Positions 37,292 to 46,043 of a stretch of 64,000 bases of DNA are shown here, piece after piece (position 1 is the stretch's first letter; the number at the start of each line of letters is the position of its first letter). Location: assembly GCA_964436855.1 (NCBI GenBank), contig CAYTED010000002.1, forward strand, positions 13,925 to 77,924. Reading direction: 5' to 3'. The notes under the pieces were generated by a model. The model made no database searches. It was not told the DNA's origin and was given only the letters and a program-made list of their open reading frames with translations. The DNA comes from an uncultured Bdellovibrionales bacterium (GTDB lineage Bacteria > Patescibacteriota > Minisyncoccia > Moranbacterales > UBA1568). The translations under genes and the position numbers were made by a program.

Positions 37292-37713
37292 CTAAAAAAT
37301 TCGAGAAAAGTCTCCGTTTATCACTACAGGTTGCAATGCCACAATTTCGTCCGTGTATGATACATTGGGAATAGAATTCATTAGAAAAATTTTCTTATTA
37401 TTCACATATGCCTGTCCCATTTCGATAAGCACATTTCCGCCGATGTAATTTTCAATATTATTTTTCTTAAGATTTACCACAAAAATAGCATCGCTCTCCA
37501 GTATATGCTTGTAGTGTTGGCGAATATAGTCACGATCAATCTTTATTTGAGCCTGCTCGCCATTCTCGATTCTTTTGATATCTGGATGATTTTTTTGCAT
37601 GACATAATCAACGTAGTCCGGATGTATCCATCATGACCGTTTTCTTTGAGCACATCAACACTTTCTACCATTTCTTTGACAAATGCCGTACTCCCGAGAA
37701 CATATATTTTCAT
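37292..37713 (-). pseudogene. Frameshifted paralog of the downstream nucleoside 2-deoxyribosyltransferase-like gene
   Basis: ATG at 37713 gives MKIYVLGSTAFVKEMVESVDVLKENGHDGYI, which then runs into a stop. The homologous C-terminal two-thirds (HPDYVDYVMQKNHPDIK...DAIFVVNLKKNNIENYIGGNVLIEMGQAYVNNKKIFLMN) continues in the -1 frame (ORF 37292..37600). A 1-nt indel lies near 37615-37625. Confidence 0.5.
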
Positions 37714-38159
37714 AAGGTATCTATTCCGTTTAAATCACCATGGAGAACAATTGGCCACATACCGAGAATTTCTTCTTTATAACTCATTTCCGGGATGGGG
37801 TTCAGAAGATAGATAGATTTGTTTAAATGAAAGGCAAGACCCATTTCAAGAAGTGTATTTGCACCGACATACGATGTGACTCCGTTCTTATCATAATTCA
37901 ATACGAGAATCGCATCTGACCATGCAACTTTATCGAAATGCCAATGCATCGCTTCCGCTTTTTTCTTCCAGACCCATTCATAGTCGTCCGCTGCGGTTTT
38001 GCGCATCGCGTAATACTCTTTTACCGGAATCATTTTTCCTGACTCATCAGCAATTTCAAGTGGCGGCAATTTCACTTCATGTCCCATTTCTTCCAGCTTT
38101 TTTCGAATCGCATCCATTTCATCAATAAAGGCAATACTTCCGCAAAGCGTTATTTTCAT
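37710..38159 (-). CDS. Nucleoside 2-deoxyribosyltransferase-like protein (SLOG/flavodoxin-like fold)
   Basis: Start taken at MKITLCGSIAF, directly after the stop of the MTase gene. SDAILVLNYDKNGVTSYVGANTLLEMGLAFHLNKSIYLLN fits the Nuc_deoxyrib_tr pattern (D..V.ANLD....DSGTA.ELGYA.ALGKP). Confidence 0.5.
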   Translation of the reverse strand: MKITLCGSIAFIDEMDAIRKKLEEMGHEVKLPPLEIADESGKMIPVKEYYAMRKTAADDYEWVWKKKAEAMHWHFDKVAWSDAILVLNYDKNGVTSYVGANTLLEMGLAFHLNKSIYLLNPIPEMSYKEEILGMWPIVLHGDLNGIDTL

Positions 38160-38773
38160 AATGTTTCTTTCTGACCAATTACCTGCACCCACTTTGTTCT
38201 TCCGATCGCACTTACATTCGAAAAACAAATCTTCATACCAAAACTCCTCAGCATATCTTCTAGTTCATTCTGAGTATAATAACTAAAAAATCGCTCATAA
38301 TCATATCCGTAATCATTTTCCCTGACAATTTCTTCTTCTGGCTGACCCTCCCTAAGCTCTTTCACTGCAATATATATAAAACCATTCAAACTCAGAATTT
38401 TTTCAAATTTTTTTAATATTCCAACCACCTCTTTCTTTGGAATATGAAGTAGTACTGCCTGCATGAAAATTCCATCAAATTTCGTATCTGGATATACATC
38501 CTTACGAATATCCAATACTTGAAATATTCCTTTTTGAGCTTCTTTCCTCGCGATTTCTATGAAATTCGAAGAAAAATCAATTCCCATTACATCAAATCCT
38601 CTTTCAATAAATGCTCGTGATTTTACTCCGCCAGCACATCCAACATCAAGCACTTTTCCTCCGGGAGGAAGAAATTTAGAAAATACATCCAAGCCATCCT
38701 TCCACCACTCATCAGAAAGATGATCCGTATGCCAATCAGCGGCTATTTTCTCATATGTATCACGAAGATTCAT
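38156..38773 (-). CDS. Class I SAM-dependent methyltransferase
   Basis: Motif I VLDVGCAGGVKS, with an acidic post-I residue (GIDFS). Confidence 0.8.
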   Translation of the reverse strand: MNLRDTYEKIAADWHTDHLSDEWWKDGLDVFSKFLPPGGKVLDVGCAGGVKSRAFIERGFDVMGIDFSSNFIEIARKEAQKGIFQVLDIRKDVYPDTKFDGIFMQAVLLHIPKKEVVGILKKFEKILSLNGFIYIAVKELREGQPEEEIVRENDYGYDYERFFSYYTQNELEDMLRSFGMKICFSNVSAIGRTKWVQVIGQKETL

Positions 38774-38778
38774 ATCGC

Positions 38779-39105
38779 TTACAAAATTTTAAATCGTATC
38801 AGCTTGATTTCCGTATCCATCGTGACCGAATCACCATAGTAGGATCGGAATGCTTCCAGCATTTTTTCATCGCTCGCATACCGTTCGTGTCCATTCTTAA
38901 AGTCCGTTTCATCAATCTGCCTGAGTGCTTTTTTTCTCACGGAAATTATCTCCGCTTGCGCAAATTCTTTGCCTGTTGATTTGTTTACGAGTACCAGATC
39001 ATCTCCCACGGAGAGATCCTTGTCATCAAAAATCCGCCAGGTGGAAGTCTTTTCCCCGGAAAGCACTAATTTCGACAATTCATCCGTAAACTTCAGCGTT
39101 TTCAT
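38779..39105 (-). CDS. ASCH domain protein (PUA-like)
   Basis: MKTLKFTDELSKLVLSGEKTSTWRIFDD...GDDLVLV... matches the ASCH N-terminal pattern. Start taken at the internal M10. Confidence 0.6.
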   Translation of the reverse strand: MKTLKFTDELSKLVLSGEKTSTWRIFDDKDLSVGDDLVLVNKSTGKEFAQAEIISVRKKALRQIDETDFKNGHERYASDEKMLEAFRSYYGDSVTMDTEIKLIRFKIL

Positions 39106-39106
39106 A

Positions 39107-39334
39107 TTATTCTTTTTCGCCGATATACTCAAACCTCGGTCGACGCACGCCGTCGATTTCTATTTCTTCAAGAAATATTCCCTTGGGGCGAACCCAGAAT
39201 GCACGATCACCAAATTCCTCTGAATCATACAGTGCACGGTATACAACCAATTCCTCCAAAGTCTCTGAATGCCGAGCAACACCAATTACCTCGTACTGTT
39301 TCTTTTTATAATGTTCGTATATTCCGAGTTTCAT
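39107..39334 (-). CDS. DUF1653-family protein
   Basis: MKLGIYEHYKKKQYEVIGVARHSETLEELVVYRALYDSE...WVRPKGIF...PRFEYIG is the DUF1653 signature. Confidence 0.7.
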   Translation of the reverse strand: MKLGIYEHYKKKQYEVIGVARHSETLEELVVYRALYDSEEFGDRAFWVRPKGIFLEEIEIDGVRRPRFEYIGEKE

Positions 39335-39339
39335 ATTGT

Positions 39340-40191
39340 TTACAGAAATGATTTCAATAATTGTAATTTCCGATCAATACCCTCACGGAATGAAGCATTT
39401 GGATGGTTAACCACAAAGAATTTATCTGCTTCCAAAAGAACAAGCTTCATTTCACCAGAAGAAGTCTGAAACAGTACAAGGTTATTTTTTCCTAAAAGAT
39501 CTACCACCTCACCATTTTCTTGAGCATATTTCAAGGTAATATCTGCAAACCGAGCGATATCCTCCTTTATTTTTGGATTATTTTGAAAAATAGCATTGAG
39601 CTTTGTATCGTTCTTTTGATCAAGGACATCGACCAAGTTAGTCCCCAAAAACTCCTGAAACGATATAATGGCCTTTTGATCTTTCCAATAATGTTTTCCG
39701 ACAAAAAAATATTCTTCTAGAACCACTCCTGGCATCTCCCGATAAATATCACGAGCACGCTCACATTGTTGTTTAATTTTTTTTCCTGTTTCAATGAGCG
39801 TCTCAGTGTCTCTAGAGGATCGAACGGTATTAAATTTAAGAACTAAGGAGGGCTGCCCTTGCTCCTGTGATTCGAGGAGAAATACAACCTTATCATATCC
39901 GCCTCCCACCTCCTTGGCATGAAAACGAAACTTCCCATCAGAATTTCGAACATCAATTGGGAGAGCTTCATTAGCTCGCGATATGCCAGCCTGATATTCC
40001 TTGCGACTTCTATCACGAAAGGCATCCGGCATCATTGATCCTACAGAACCAACAAAAGCAAGAACGCGATCCAGAGTTGTTACATCTGGAGAAAATATAC
40101 GCTCTTTATAGTCCTCAAGATTTTTCGTTTCATCTCGAGCTGCCTCTTCGAAAACTTTTCTCGCAACATTTAGTCCTTCTGAGATACTCAT
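39340..40191 (-). CDS. Hypothetical protein with a degenerate protein-kinase-like fold signature
   Basis: Gly-rich EVGGGYDKVVF, then LVLKF (beta3 Lys), an acidic helix, VVDLLGKNNLVL (HRD-like D..K..N) and LLEADKF (DFG-like). Read by eye only; low certainty. Confidence 0.4.
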   Translation of the reverse strand: MSISEGLNVARKVFEEAARDETKNLEDYKERIFSPDVTTLDRVLAFVGSVGSMMPDAFRDRSRKEYQAGISRANEALPIDVRNSDGKFRFHAKEVGGGYDKVVFLLESQEQGQPSLVLKFNTVRSSRDTETLIETGKKIKQQCERARDIYREMPGVVLEEYFFVGKHYWKDQKAIISFQEFLGTNLVDVLDQKNDTKLNAIFQNNPKIKEDIARFADITLKYAQENGEVVDLLGKNNLVLFQTSSGEMKLVLLEADKFFVVNHPNASFREGIDRKLQLLKSFL

Positions 40192-40210
40192 ACTCTATTT
40201 TCATATCTTC

Positions 40211-41374
40211 CTACTTACAAAACAATTTCACATACTGATCCATGCCCTTCAGAAACTGTTCTGGGTGATTTTCCATTTCTTTGAGAAGCTCGTCCTGAGT
40301 GAACCATTTTACTTTCTGTACTTCAATGGGATCAATCACAAATTCCGAAGCAGCCTCTTCTGTTTCAAACAGATACCATTGGCAGAAATAATTATATTCT
40401 CCTGACATTCTGATCTTTGGCCCTATTGTTGGAGTTATATTTTCGAGCCCTATTTCTTCAGTAGCTTCTTTTCGAATATTATCTACATATTCTTCACCTT
40501 CTTCAACCGTTCCTGCGACTGCTGGACCCCATTTCCCCGGATTGTGAGCCTTTGTCAATGCTCTTTGAGCAAGCAAAATCTCACTCTTTCTATTTGTAAT
40601 CCACAAAGCAGAGACTCGGTAAATATCTTCCTGTGCCACAAGCCCTCTATCCTTGTAGTCAATGACTATATCATTCTCATTAACGATAGGAATTTTCATA
40701 CTATTTTTTGTAACCAAATGGTCTCCTGAATCACTAACAATGTCTGCTTGTGATTTCAACTGTTGAGATTCCAGTTCTTCCTGTACTATCTTCCATAAAT
40801 CTTTCAGTTCAGGAAAGTTATTCACCGACTCATCCGCCCAGTGTAACAAAATAGGATAAATATCACGACTCTCCCAATTCTTTGCGCCAAGGTCGCATCT
40901 CTGAATAATCACCTCTATCTTATCAAGCGCTTTCGCAAACTTAGCCTCAGCAGAAGTCTGATATTCATATTCTAACCAAAGCGACTTCAATGAACTCCCT
41001 GATGCGTCAGGTAAAATATTATACAGACTTTCAGCGGCCTCTAATTCTTTCTTTTGTTGTATATTATGAGCATTTACATCATTTTTATTCAATATCCAAA
41101 CATCACCTGCAATTGCCTCAACAATGTCATGAACAAGCACGACTTCTAAAGTTTTTAATAAATCAACCTTGAGTTTCAGTTCTCTATGGAGAATCATTGC
41201 CATTAAAGCGACTCTCCAGCTATGTTCAGCAGGACTCTCTTTTCTTGAGTTATTACTGATTGAGACTTTCCGCTGCACAGTCTTAAGTTTCTCGACTCTA
41301 TTCAGAAAAATCAGTATTTGCTTCAAGTCATCCATAAACAAAGTCACGATCACTTGACTTATACTCCGTGACAC
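40211..41374 (-). CDS. Fusion protein: N-terminal HD-domain 5'-deoxynucleotidase (YfbR-like) plus C-terminal NUDIX hydrolase
   Basis: HD motifs AEHSWRVALMAMIL ... LVHDIVEAIAGDV. C-terminal Nudix box GTVEEGEEYVDNIRKEATEEIGL. Possible alternative start at 41335. Confidence 0.75.
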   Translation of the reverse strand: MSRSISQVIVTLFMDDLKQILIFLNRVEKLKTVQRKVSISNNSRKESPAEHSWRVALMAMILHRELKLKVDLLKTLEVVLVHDIVEAIAGDVWILNKNDVNAHNIQQKKELEAAESLYNILPDASGSSLKSLWLEYEYQTSAEAKFAKALDKIEVIIQRCDLGAKNWESRDIYPILLHWADESVNNFPELKDLWKIVQEELESQQLKSQADIVSDSGDHLVTKNSMKIPIVNENDIVIDYKDRGLVAQEDIYRVSALWITNRKSEILLAQRALTKAHNPGKWGPAVAGTVEEGEEYVDNIRKEATEEIGLENITPTIGPKIRMSGEYNYFCQWYLFETEEAASEFVIDPIEVQKVKWFTQDELLKEMENHPEQFLKGMDQYVKLFCK

Positions 41375-44043
41375 TTCTTATACTTCTTTCCGCTGCCGCA
41401 CGGGCAAGGGTCGTTGCGACCGATGGCTTCTTGATTGACAATCGGGGCTTGCGGTTCCCGTAACCCCTCCCGTAACCCCTCACCCTCGTGGACTCGGGAG
41501 CTCCCCTTCCCAAGTGGAGCAGGAGAAGAAAACTGGCGAACATCCTCATCTGCGCCACGAAGTTCAATATTCTTCGGCTTCCTTTCTTCTGTCGCTTGAC
41601 TTGCCGTTGCCGGAGCAACTTTAAAAATCGTTACCAGATAATTTTTTCGAACCGCGTCAAGCAATCCAACAAAAAGATCGTATGCCTCGCGCTTGTATTC
41701 AACAAGCGGGTCGCGCTGACCATACCCGCGAAGTCCGATTCCTTGCCGCAGATAATCAATTTCATCCAAATGATTCATCCAGAGCGTATCGATAGAGCGA
41801 AGGAGAAGCGCTTTCTGTACTTGATTCCAGACATTTGCGCCGAAGAGTGTTTCCCGCTCATGAGAGACTTTTTTCGCTTCCCCGATGAGATATTCTTGAA
41901 GAAGTGTTCGTTTTTCGAGTTCGTCTTTCGATCGATCGTCGCGGATCGCCTCGCATTTTGCAAGTGCCGTTTTTTCATCGAATGTCGGGAAAAGACCGTT
42001 CGCTTCGGTAATGATTTCTTTTACATTCCACTCGGACTCTTCCGCCGCGGTATAAAAACCGATCATCTTCTCGAATTCTTCCGCGAGGAGCCGTTCCGTT
42101 TCCGAGCGCATATCGGTCGCCTCGAGTACGGTGCGTCGACGACGATATACCACTTCGCGCTGCTTGTTCATCACGTCATCGTATTCAAGCACGTGTTTCC
42201 GAATATCGAAGTTGAATCCTTCGATTTTTGTTTGAGCGCTTTCTATTACCTTGGAAATCAGGACATTTTGTATCGGCTCGTCTTCCGGGATATTGAGCGA
42301 GGTCATCATTCCCTTTAATTTTTCCCCACCGAACCGACGCATGAGTTCGTCTTCAAGCGAGAGGTAAAATTGCGACATCCCGGGATCGCCTTGGCGTCCC
42401 GCGCGGCCGCGAAGCTGATTGTCGATTCGTCTTGCCTCGTGCCGTTCGGTGCCGATGATAAAAAGTCCGCCGAGTTCTTTGACCCCTTCGCTTAACTTGA
42501 TATCCGTACCGCGACCCGCCATATTGGTTGCGATCGTGACCATTCCCTTTGCACCCGCGTTTACGATAATATTCGCTTCTTTTTCGTGTTGCTTCGCATT
42601 CAAAACCTGATGATCAATCCCTTCGCGCTCAAGAAGCGCCGCCAAATATTCGGATTTTTCAATCGCGATCGTTCCGACAAGAATTGGTTGTCCGGTAGCA
42701 TGAATCTCCTTGATTCGCTCGACAATTTTCGCGAATTTCATTTCTTCCGTTTTGTAGACGATATCGCCCAAATCTTTTCGCACCATAATACGGTGCGTTG
42801 GAATCTCGACGACATCGAGTTTGTAGACTTTGGCAAATTCTTCCGCCGACGTCGAGGCGGTACCGGTCATACCGGCGAGTTTTTTGTACAATCGAAAATA
42901 GTTCTGAAACGTGATCGTCGCGAGAGTTCGCGATTCGCGTTGCACAGCAACGTGTTCTTTCGCTTCGATCGCTTGGTGAAGTCCATCGCTATAACGCCGC
43001 CCCGGCATAAGCCGCCCGGTAAAGTCGTCGACAATAATAATCTCTCCATCCTTGACGACATAATCGCGATCGCGATGCATAATCACTTCCGCGCGAAGCG
43101 ATTGTTCGAGGTGGTGCACATACTGCACATTTCCCGCCGCATAGAGATTGCCCGCGCCGAGGAGTTCCTCGACACGAGTGATTCCGGCATCGGTGAGGGT
43201 CACGGTTTTTGTTTTCTCTTCGACGGTGTAGTGTTCTTCGGCACGCAGTTTCGGCATAATCTGCGCAAATCGTTCGTAGAGTTTGGTGGATTCCGCATCG
43301 GGCGCAGAGATAATAAGCGGGGTGCGCGCCTCATCGATTAAAATAGAGTCTACCTCATCGACAATCGCATAGTGCAGTTCGCGCTGCACCATTTCTTCCG
43401 CACTCGACACCATATTGTCACGGAGGTAATCGAAACCGAATTCATTGTTTGTACCATAAGTAATATCGGTGTGATACGCTTCGCGTCGTGTAATCGGTAC
43501 CAAATTTTGCATATCGACCGTCGCCTCATTTTGATCGTCGGGATTGTTTGGTTCAAACCGATACGATACACCCTGCTGGTTGATACAGGAGGTGGAAAGC
43601 CCGAGAAAATGATACACCTCCCCCATCCAACTCGCATCACGTCTTGAAAGATAGTCGTTCACAGTAACAACGTGCACGCCCTTCCCCTCGAGAGCGTTGA
43701 GGTAAATCGGAAGCGTTGAGGTAAGCGTCTTTCCCTCACCGGTTTTCATCTCGGCGATTTTCCCCTGATGCAGGACAATACCTCCCATCAATTGAACGTC
43801 GAAGTGTCGTTGTTTGATTGTTCGATTTGCCGCTTCGCGCACAACCGCAAATGCCTGCGGGAGAATATCATCAACCGTCTTACCTTGCGCGAGTCGATTT
43901 TTAAACTCATCCGTTTTGGCACGAAGAGCTTCATCGGAAAGTTTTGAAATTTCCGGTTCAAAATCGTTTACCTGTCGGATGAATGGCTCGAGTTTGGACA
44001 CGACTCGCTCATTGGATCCAAAAAGTTTTGTCAAAAATTTCAT
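41359..44043 (-). CDS. secA: Preprotein translocase ATPase SecA
   Basis: Start taken at MKFLTKLFGS. DEAD-like motor (KTGEGKTL, DEVDSILIDEARTPLIIS). C-terminal zinc finger CPCGSGKKYKKCHG. The 3' end contains GC-rich repeat copy C. Confidence 0.95.
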   Translation of the reverse strand: MKFLTKLFGSNERVVSKLEPFIRQVNDFEPEISKLSDEALRAKTDEFKNRLAQGKTVDDILPQAFAVVREAANRTIKQRHFDVQLMGGIVLHQGKIAEMKTGEGKTLTSTLPIYLNALEGKGVHVVTVNDYLSRRDASWMGEVYHFLGLSTSCINQQGVSYRFEPNNPDDQNEATVDMQNLVPITRREAYHTDITYGTNNEFGFDYLRDNMVSSAEEMVQRELHYAIVDEVDSILIDEARTPLIISAPDAESTKLYERFAQIMPKLRAEEHYTVEEKTKTVTLTDAGITRVEELLGAGNLYAAGNVQYVHHLEQSLRAEVIMHRDRDYVVKDGEIIIVDDFTGRLMPGRRYSDGLHQAIEAKEHVAVQRESRTLATITFQNYFRLYKKLAGMTGTASTSAEEFAKVYKLDVVEIPTHRIMVRKDLGDIVYKTEEMKFAKIVERIKEIHATGQPILVGTIAIEKSEYLAALLEREGIDHQVLNAKQHEKEANIIVNAGAKGMVTIATNMAGRGTDIKLSEGVKELGGLFIIGTERHEARRIDNQLRGRAGRQGDPGMSQFYLSLEDELMRRFGGEKLKGMMTSLNIPEDEPIQNVLISKVIESAQTKIEGFNFDIRKHVLEYDDVMNKQREVVYRRRRTVLEATDMRSETERLLAEEFEKMIGFYTAAEESEWNVKEIITEANGLFPTFDEKTALAKCEAIRDDRSKDELEKRTLLQEYLIGEAKKVSHERETLFGANVWNQVQKALLLRSIDTLWMNHLDEIDYLRQGIGLRGYGQRDPLVEYKREAYDLFVGLLDAVRKNYLVTIFKVAPATASQATEERKPKNIELRGADEDVRQFSSPAPLGKGSSRVHEGEGLREGLREPQAPIVNQEAIGRNDPCPCGSGKKYKKCHGV
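41456..41530. repeat. GC-rich repeat (family copy C) embedded in-frame in the secA 3' region (encodes the SSRVHEGEGLREGLREPQ linker)
   Basis: taacccctcccgtaacccctcaccctcgtggactcgggagctccccttcccaagtggagcaggagaag shares modules (aacccctccc, cgggagctcccc, gtggagnaggag) with 3076-3158 and 51249-51350. Confidence 0.5.
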
Positions 44044-44097
44044 AAGAAAAGCAGATACCGGATAGTAAATATGAGATGAATGGAATACAGAGAACAA

Positions 44098-44123
44098 GAT
44101 CCCGGGTCGAGCCCGGGATGACA
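44098..44123. repeat. GC-rich hairpin ending in GGGATGACA (copy d)
   Basis: gatcccgggtcgagcccgggatgaca, between the secA start and the hpf 3' end. Confidence 0.4.
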
Positions 44124-44144
44124 TATTTTGTTCTGATTTTATCA

Positions 44145-44173
44145 TCAAAAAAGACGCTCGTCAAAGGGCGTCT
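44145..44173 (-). terminator. Rho-independent terminator downstream of hpf
   Basis: Minus-strand read: agacgccctttgacgagcgtct followed by tttttgatg. Confidence 0.5.
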
Positions 44174-44208
44174 TTCCTGTTTTTCCTTTATATAAGTCAA
44201 AAAACTTA

Positions 44209-44559
44209 TTAAAACCGGGCGGCTTTGTCGAGCGTTACTTTCTTTTTGATCGAGCGAGCGCCGCGGCGTTTCATTGTCGTTCGTTTTTCCTTGTCGCGCG
44301 TGATTTCTTTTTCGAGTTTATCAACCACAAGGTCAACTGATCCTTCGATGCTTTCGGTCGTTTCTTCCGCGCGATAAAGATGCCGTGGTGCGCGGACCAT
44401 AATTTCTACGCGGTATTTCCCCTTTTTATTCTTATCAACCTCGATCTCGAATTTCGATTCCGGGTCGGAGAGTTTTTCAAGTCTGGCGATTCGTTTGAGG
44501 ATATACGCTCTCGTTTTTTCCACCACATCGCTCGTCTGCAACAAAAATCGGGTCGTCAT
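44209..44559 (-). CDS. hpf: Ribosome hibernation promoting factor / RaiA (YfiA family)
   Basis: 116 aa. The ...KLEKLSDPESKFEIEVDKNKKGKYRVEIMVRAPRHLYRAEE... fold pattern matches the short HPF. Confidence 0.75.
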   Translation of the reverse strand: MTTRFLLQTSDVVEKTRAYILKRIARLEKLSDPESKFEIEVDKNKKGKYRVEIMVRAPRHLYRAEETTESIEGSVDLVVDKLEKEITRDKEKRTTMKRRGARSIKKKVTLDKAARF

Positions 44560-44626
44560 ACGATTGTCTTTACAAGTTACAGAATTATTATACCACTTTT
44601 TAGAATCGAAATGCTGTTCCTTTGAT

Positions 44627-45193
44627 TCAATGTATACATTCTTTCATTTGAGCCATTTCTCTTCGTATATTTTTGTAATCCGGGAGAACTGATCCGACAA
44701 GATTCCAGAATGATTTAGAGTGGTCAAAGTGCGTCCGATGACAAAGCTCGTGTACGACAACATACTCGAGATATTTTTCCGGCAGGAAGGCGATTCGATA
44801 ATGAAACGAGAGATTTCCCGATCGAGAACAACTCCCCCAACGTGTGCGTTGATTGCGGATAGATATTGTGCCATACGAAACGCCAAGTTTCCGCGCAAAT
44901 CGCGCGACACGATCGGAAATAATCAGCCGTGCTTCACTGCGTTTTTTCTTGTATTCTTCCCGCGCTTTTTTCTGTGTCGCCACGTTTTCCGAATATCCGA
45001 TGAAGTGTTTCTCGATCCATTCTTTCGATCGATCGAGAAATCGTTCGATAAAAAAAACAGGAGTCAATCGCGGAGCGGAGAGAAGCAGCGTCCCATTCGA
45101 TCGCACCGAAAGAAGAAGACGTCGCATTCCCTTTCGACGTACAATAGCGCAAGAAACGGTCTTTCCGGAAACGATAAGATTCTTTTTCTTCAT
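44627..45193 (-). CDS. YgjP-like metal-dependent hydrolase (DUF45/M48-related, HExxH)
   Basis: LEYVVVHELCHRTHFDHSKSFWNLV is the DUF45/YgjP zinc motif. Confidence 0.7.
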   Translation of the reverse strand: MKKKNLIVSGKTVSCAIVRRKGMRRLLLSVRSNGTLLLSAPRLTPVFFIERFLDRSKEWIEKHFIGYSENVATQKKAREEYKKKRSEARLIISDRVARFARKLGVSYGTISIRNQRTRWGSCSRSGNLSFHYRIAFLPEKYLEYVVVHELCHRTHFDHSKSFWNLVGSVLPDYKNIRREMAQMKECIH

Positions 45194-45771
45194 ACTTCGC
45201 CAAGCGCCATTTCAAGCACCGAAAGAAACTCCGTTTTTCCCTCGCTGGTTTTTGCACTGAAAGAAAGGAGCGGAAGATCCGGAAACATCCGTCTTACTTC
45301 CTCGAGATGTTTCCGATTTGCGTTTTTTCCGCCTTTATCCATTTTGTTCCCAAGGAGAAATACATTCCGACCGCACTCCTGAAGCAGAACCGTCATTTCG
45401 ACATCGGTTTCTTTCATACCGACCGAGACATCGAATACGAGTACCGTTAGGTCCAAGGAAACGTTCTCGTCACCGATAAACCAGAGAATGAGTTTTCGAA
45501 TTTTCTCGCGTTTTCCAATCGGAAGCCGAGCGTATCCATATCCCGGAAGATCGGCACAGTAGAAAGCGTCATTCACGAGGAAATAATTTATTTCGGTCGT
45601 TCGACCGGGTGTCGCGCTTGATTTTGCGATTTTCTTTCGAAAGAGTGTATTTAAAACACTTGATTTCCCGACATTCGAACGCCCCAAAAAAGCGATTGTG
45701 GGTCGCTTTTTTTCTGGTAATCCTTCCGATCCGATCACTCCTTTTACAAATTCAACCGTTTGTATTTTCAT
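45190..45771 (-). CDS. engB: Ribosome biogenesis GTPase EngB (YihA/YsxC)
   Basis: G1 GRSNVGKSS, G3 DLPGYG, G4 NKMDK. Confidence 0.9.
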   Translation of the reverse strand: MKIQTVEFVKGVIGSEGLPEKKRPTIAFLGRSNVGKSSVLNTLFRKKIAKSSATPGRTTEINYFLVNDAFYCADLPGYGYARLPIGKREKIRKLILWFIGDENVSLDLTVLVFDVSVGMKETDVEMTVLLQECGRNVFLLGNKMDKGGKNANRKHLEEVRRMFPDLPLLSFSAKTSEGKTEFLSVLEMALGEV

Positions 45772-46043
45772 TGTTCTGTTCTTTGGTGTACATTACTCAT
45801 TTTCAGATGAATAGTTTTTTGATCGATGATGTTTTTTTGAAGCTCGATATTCAATCGCAGTATTTGAGTGATATATCTCAATCGTTCAATGGTGGGCAGG
45901 GTTCGAATTTGATTTTTTTCATCGAAAATCTCCCGTTCTCTTTTTTGAAGCGAAGTCAGTTGTTCTGAAAGTTCTTGTTCAATCTCTGGTTGCGTTTTTT
46001 CGTAGTGAAAATTTTCAGGAGTGATTCCCATAATAATATTCAA
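45768..46043 (-). CDS. Small hypothetical protein (91 aa), coupled (ATGA overlaps) to murB and engB
   Basis: Fills the gap exactly with 4-nt overlaps on both sides. No family recognised. Confidence 0.35.
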   Translation of the reverse strand: MNIIMGITPENFHYEKTQPEIEQELSEQLTSLQKREREIFDEKNQIRTLPTIERLRYITQILRLNIELQKNIIDQKTIHLKMSNVHQRTEQ

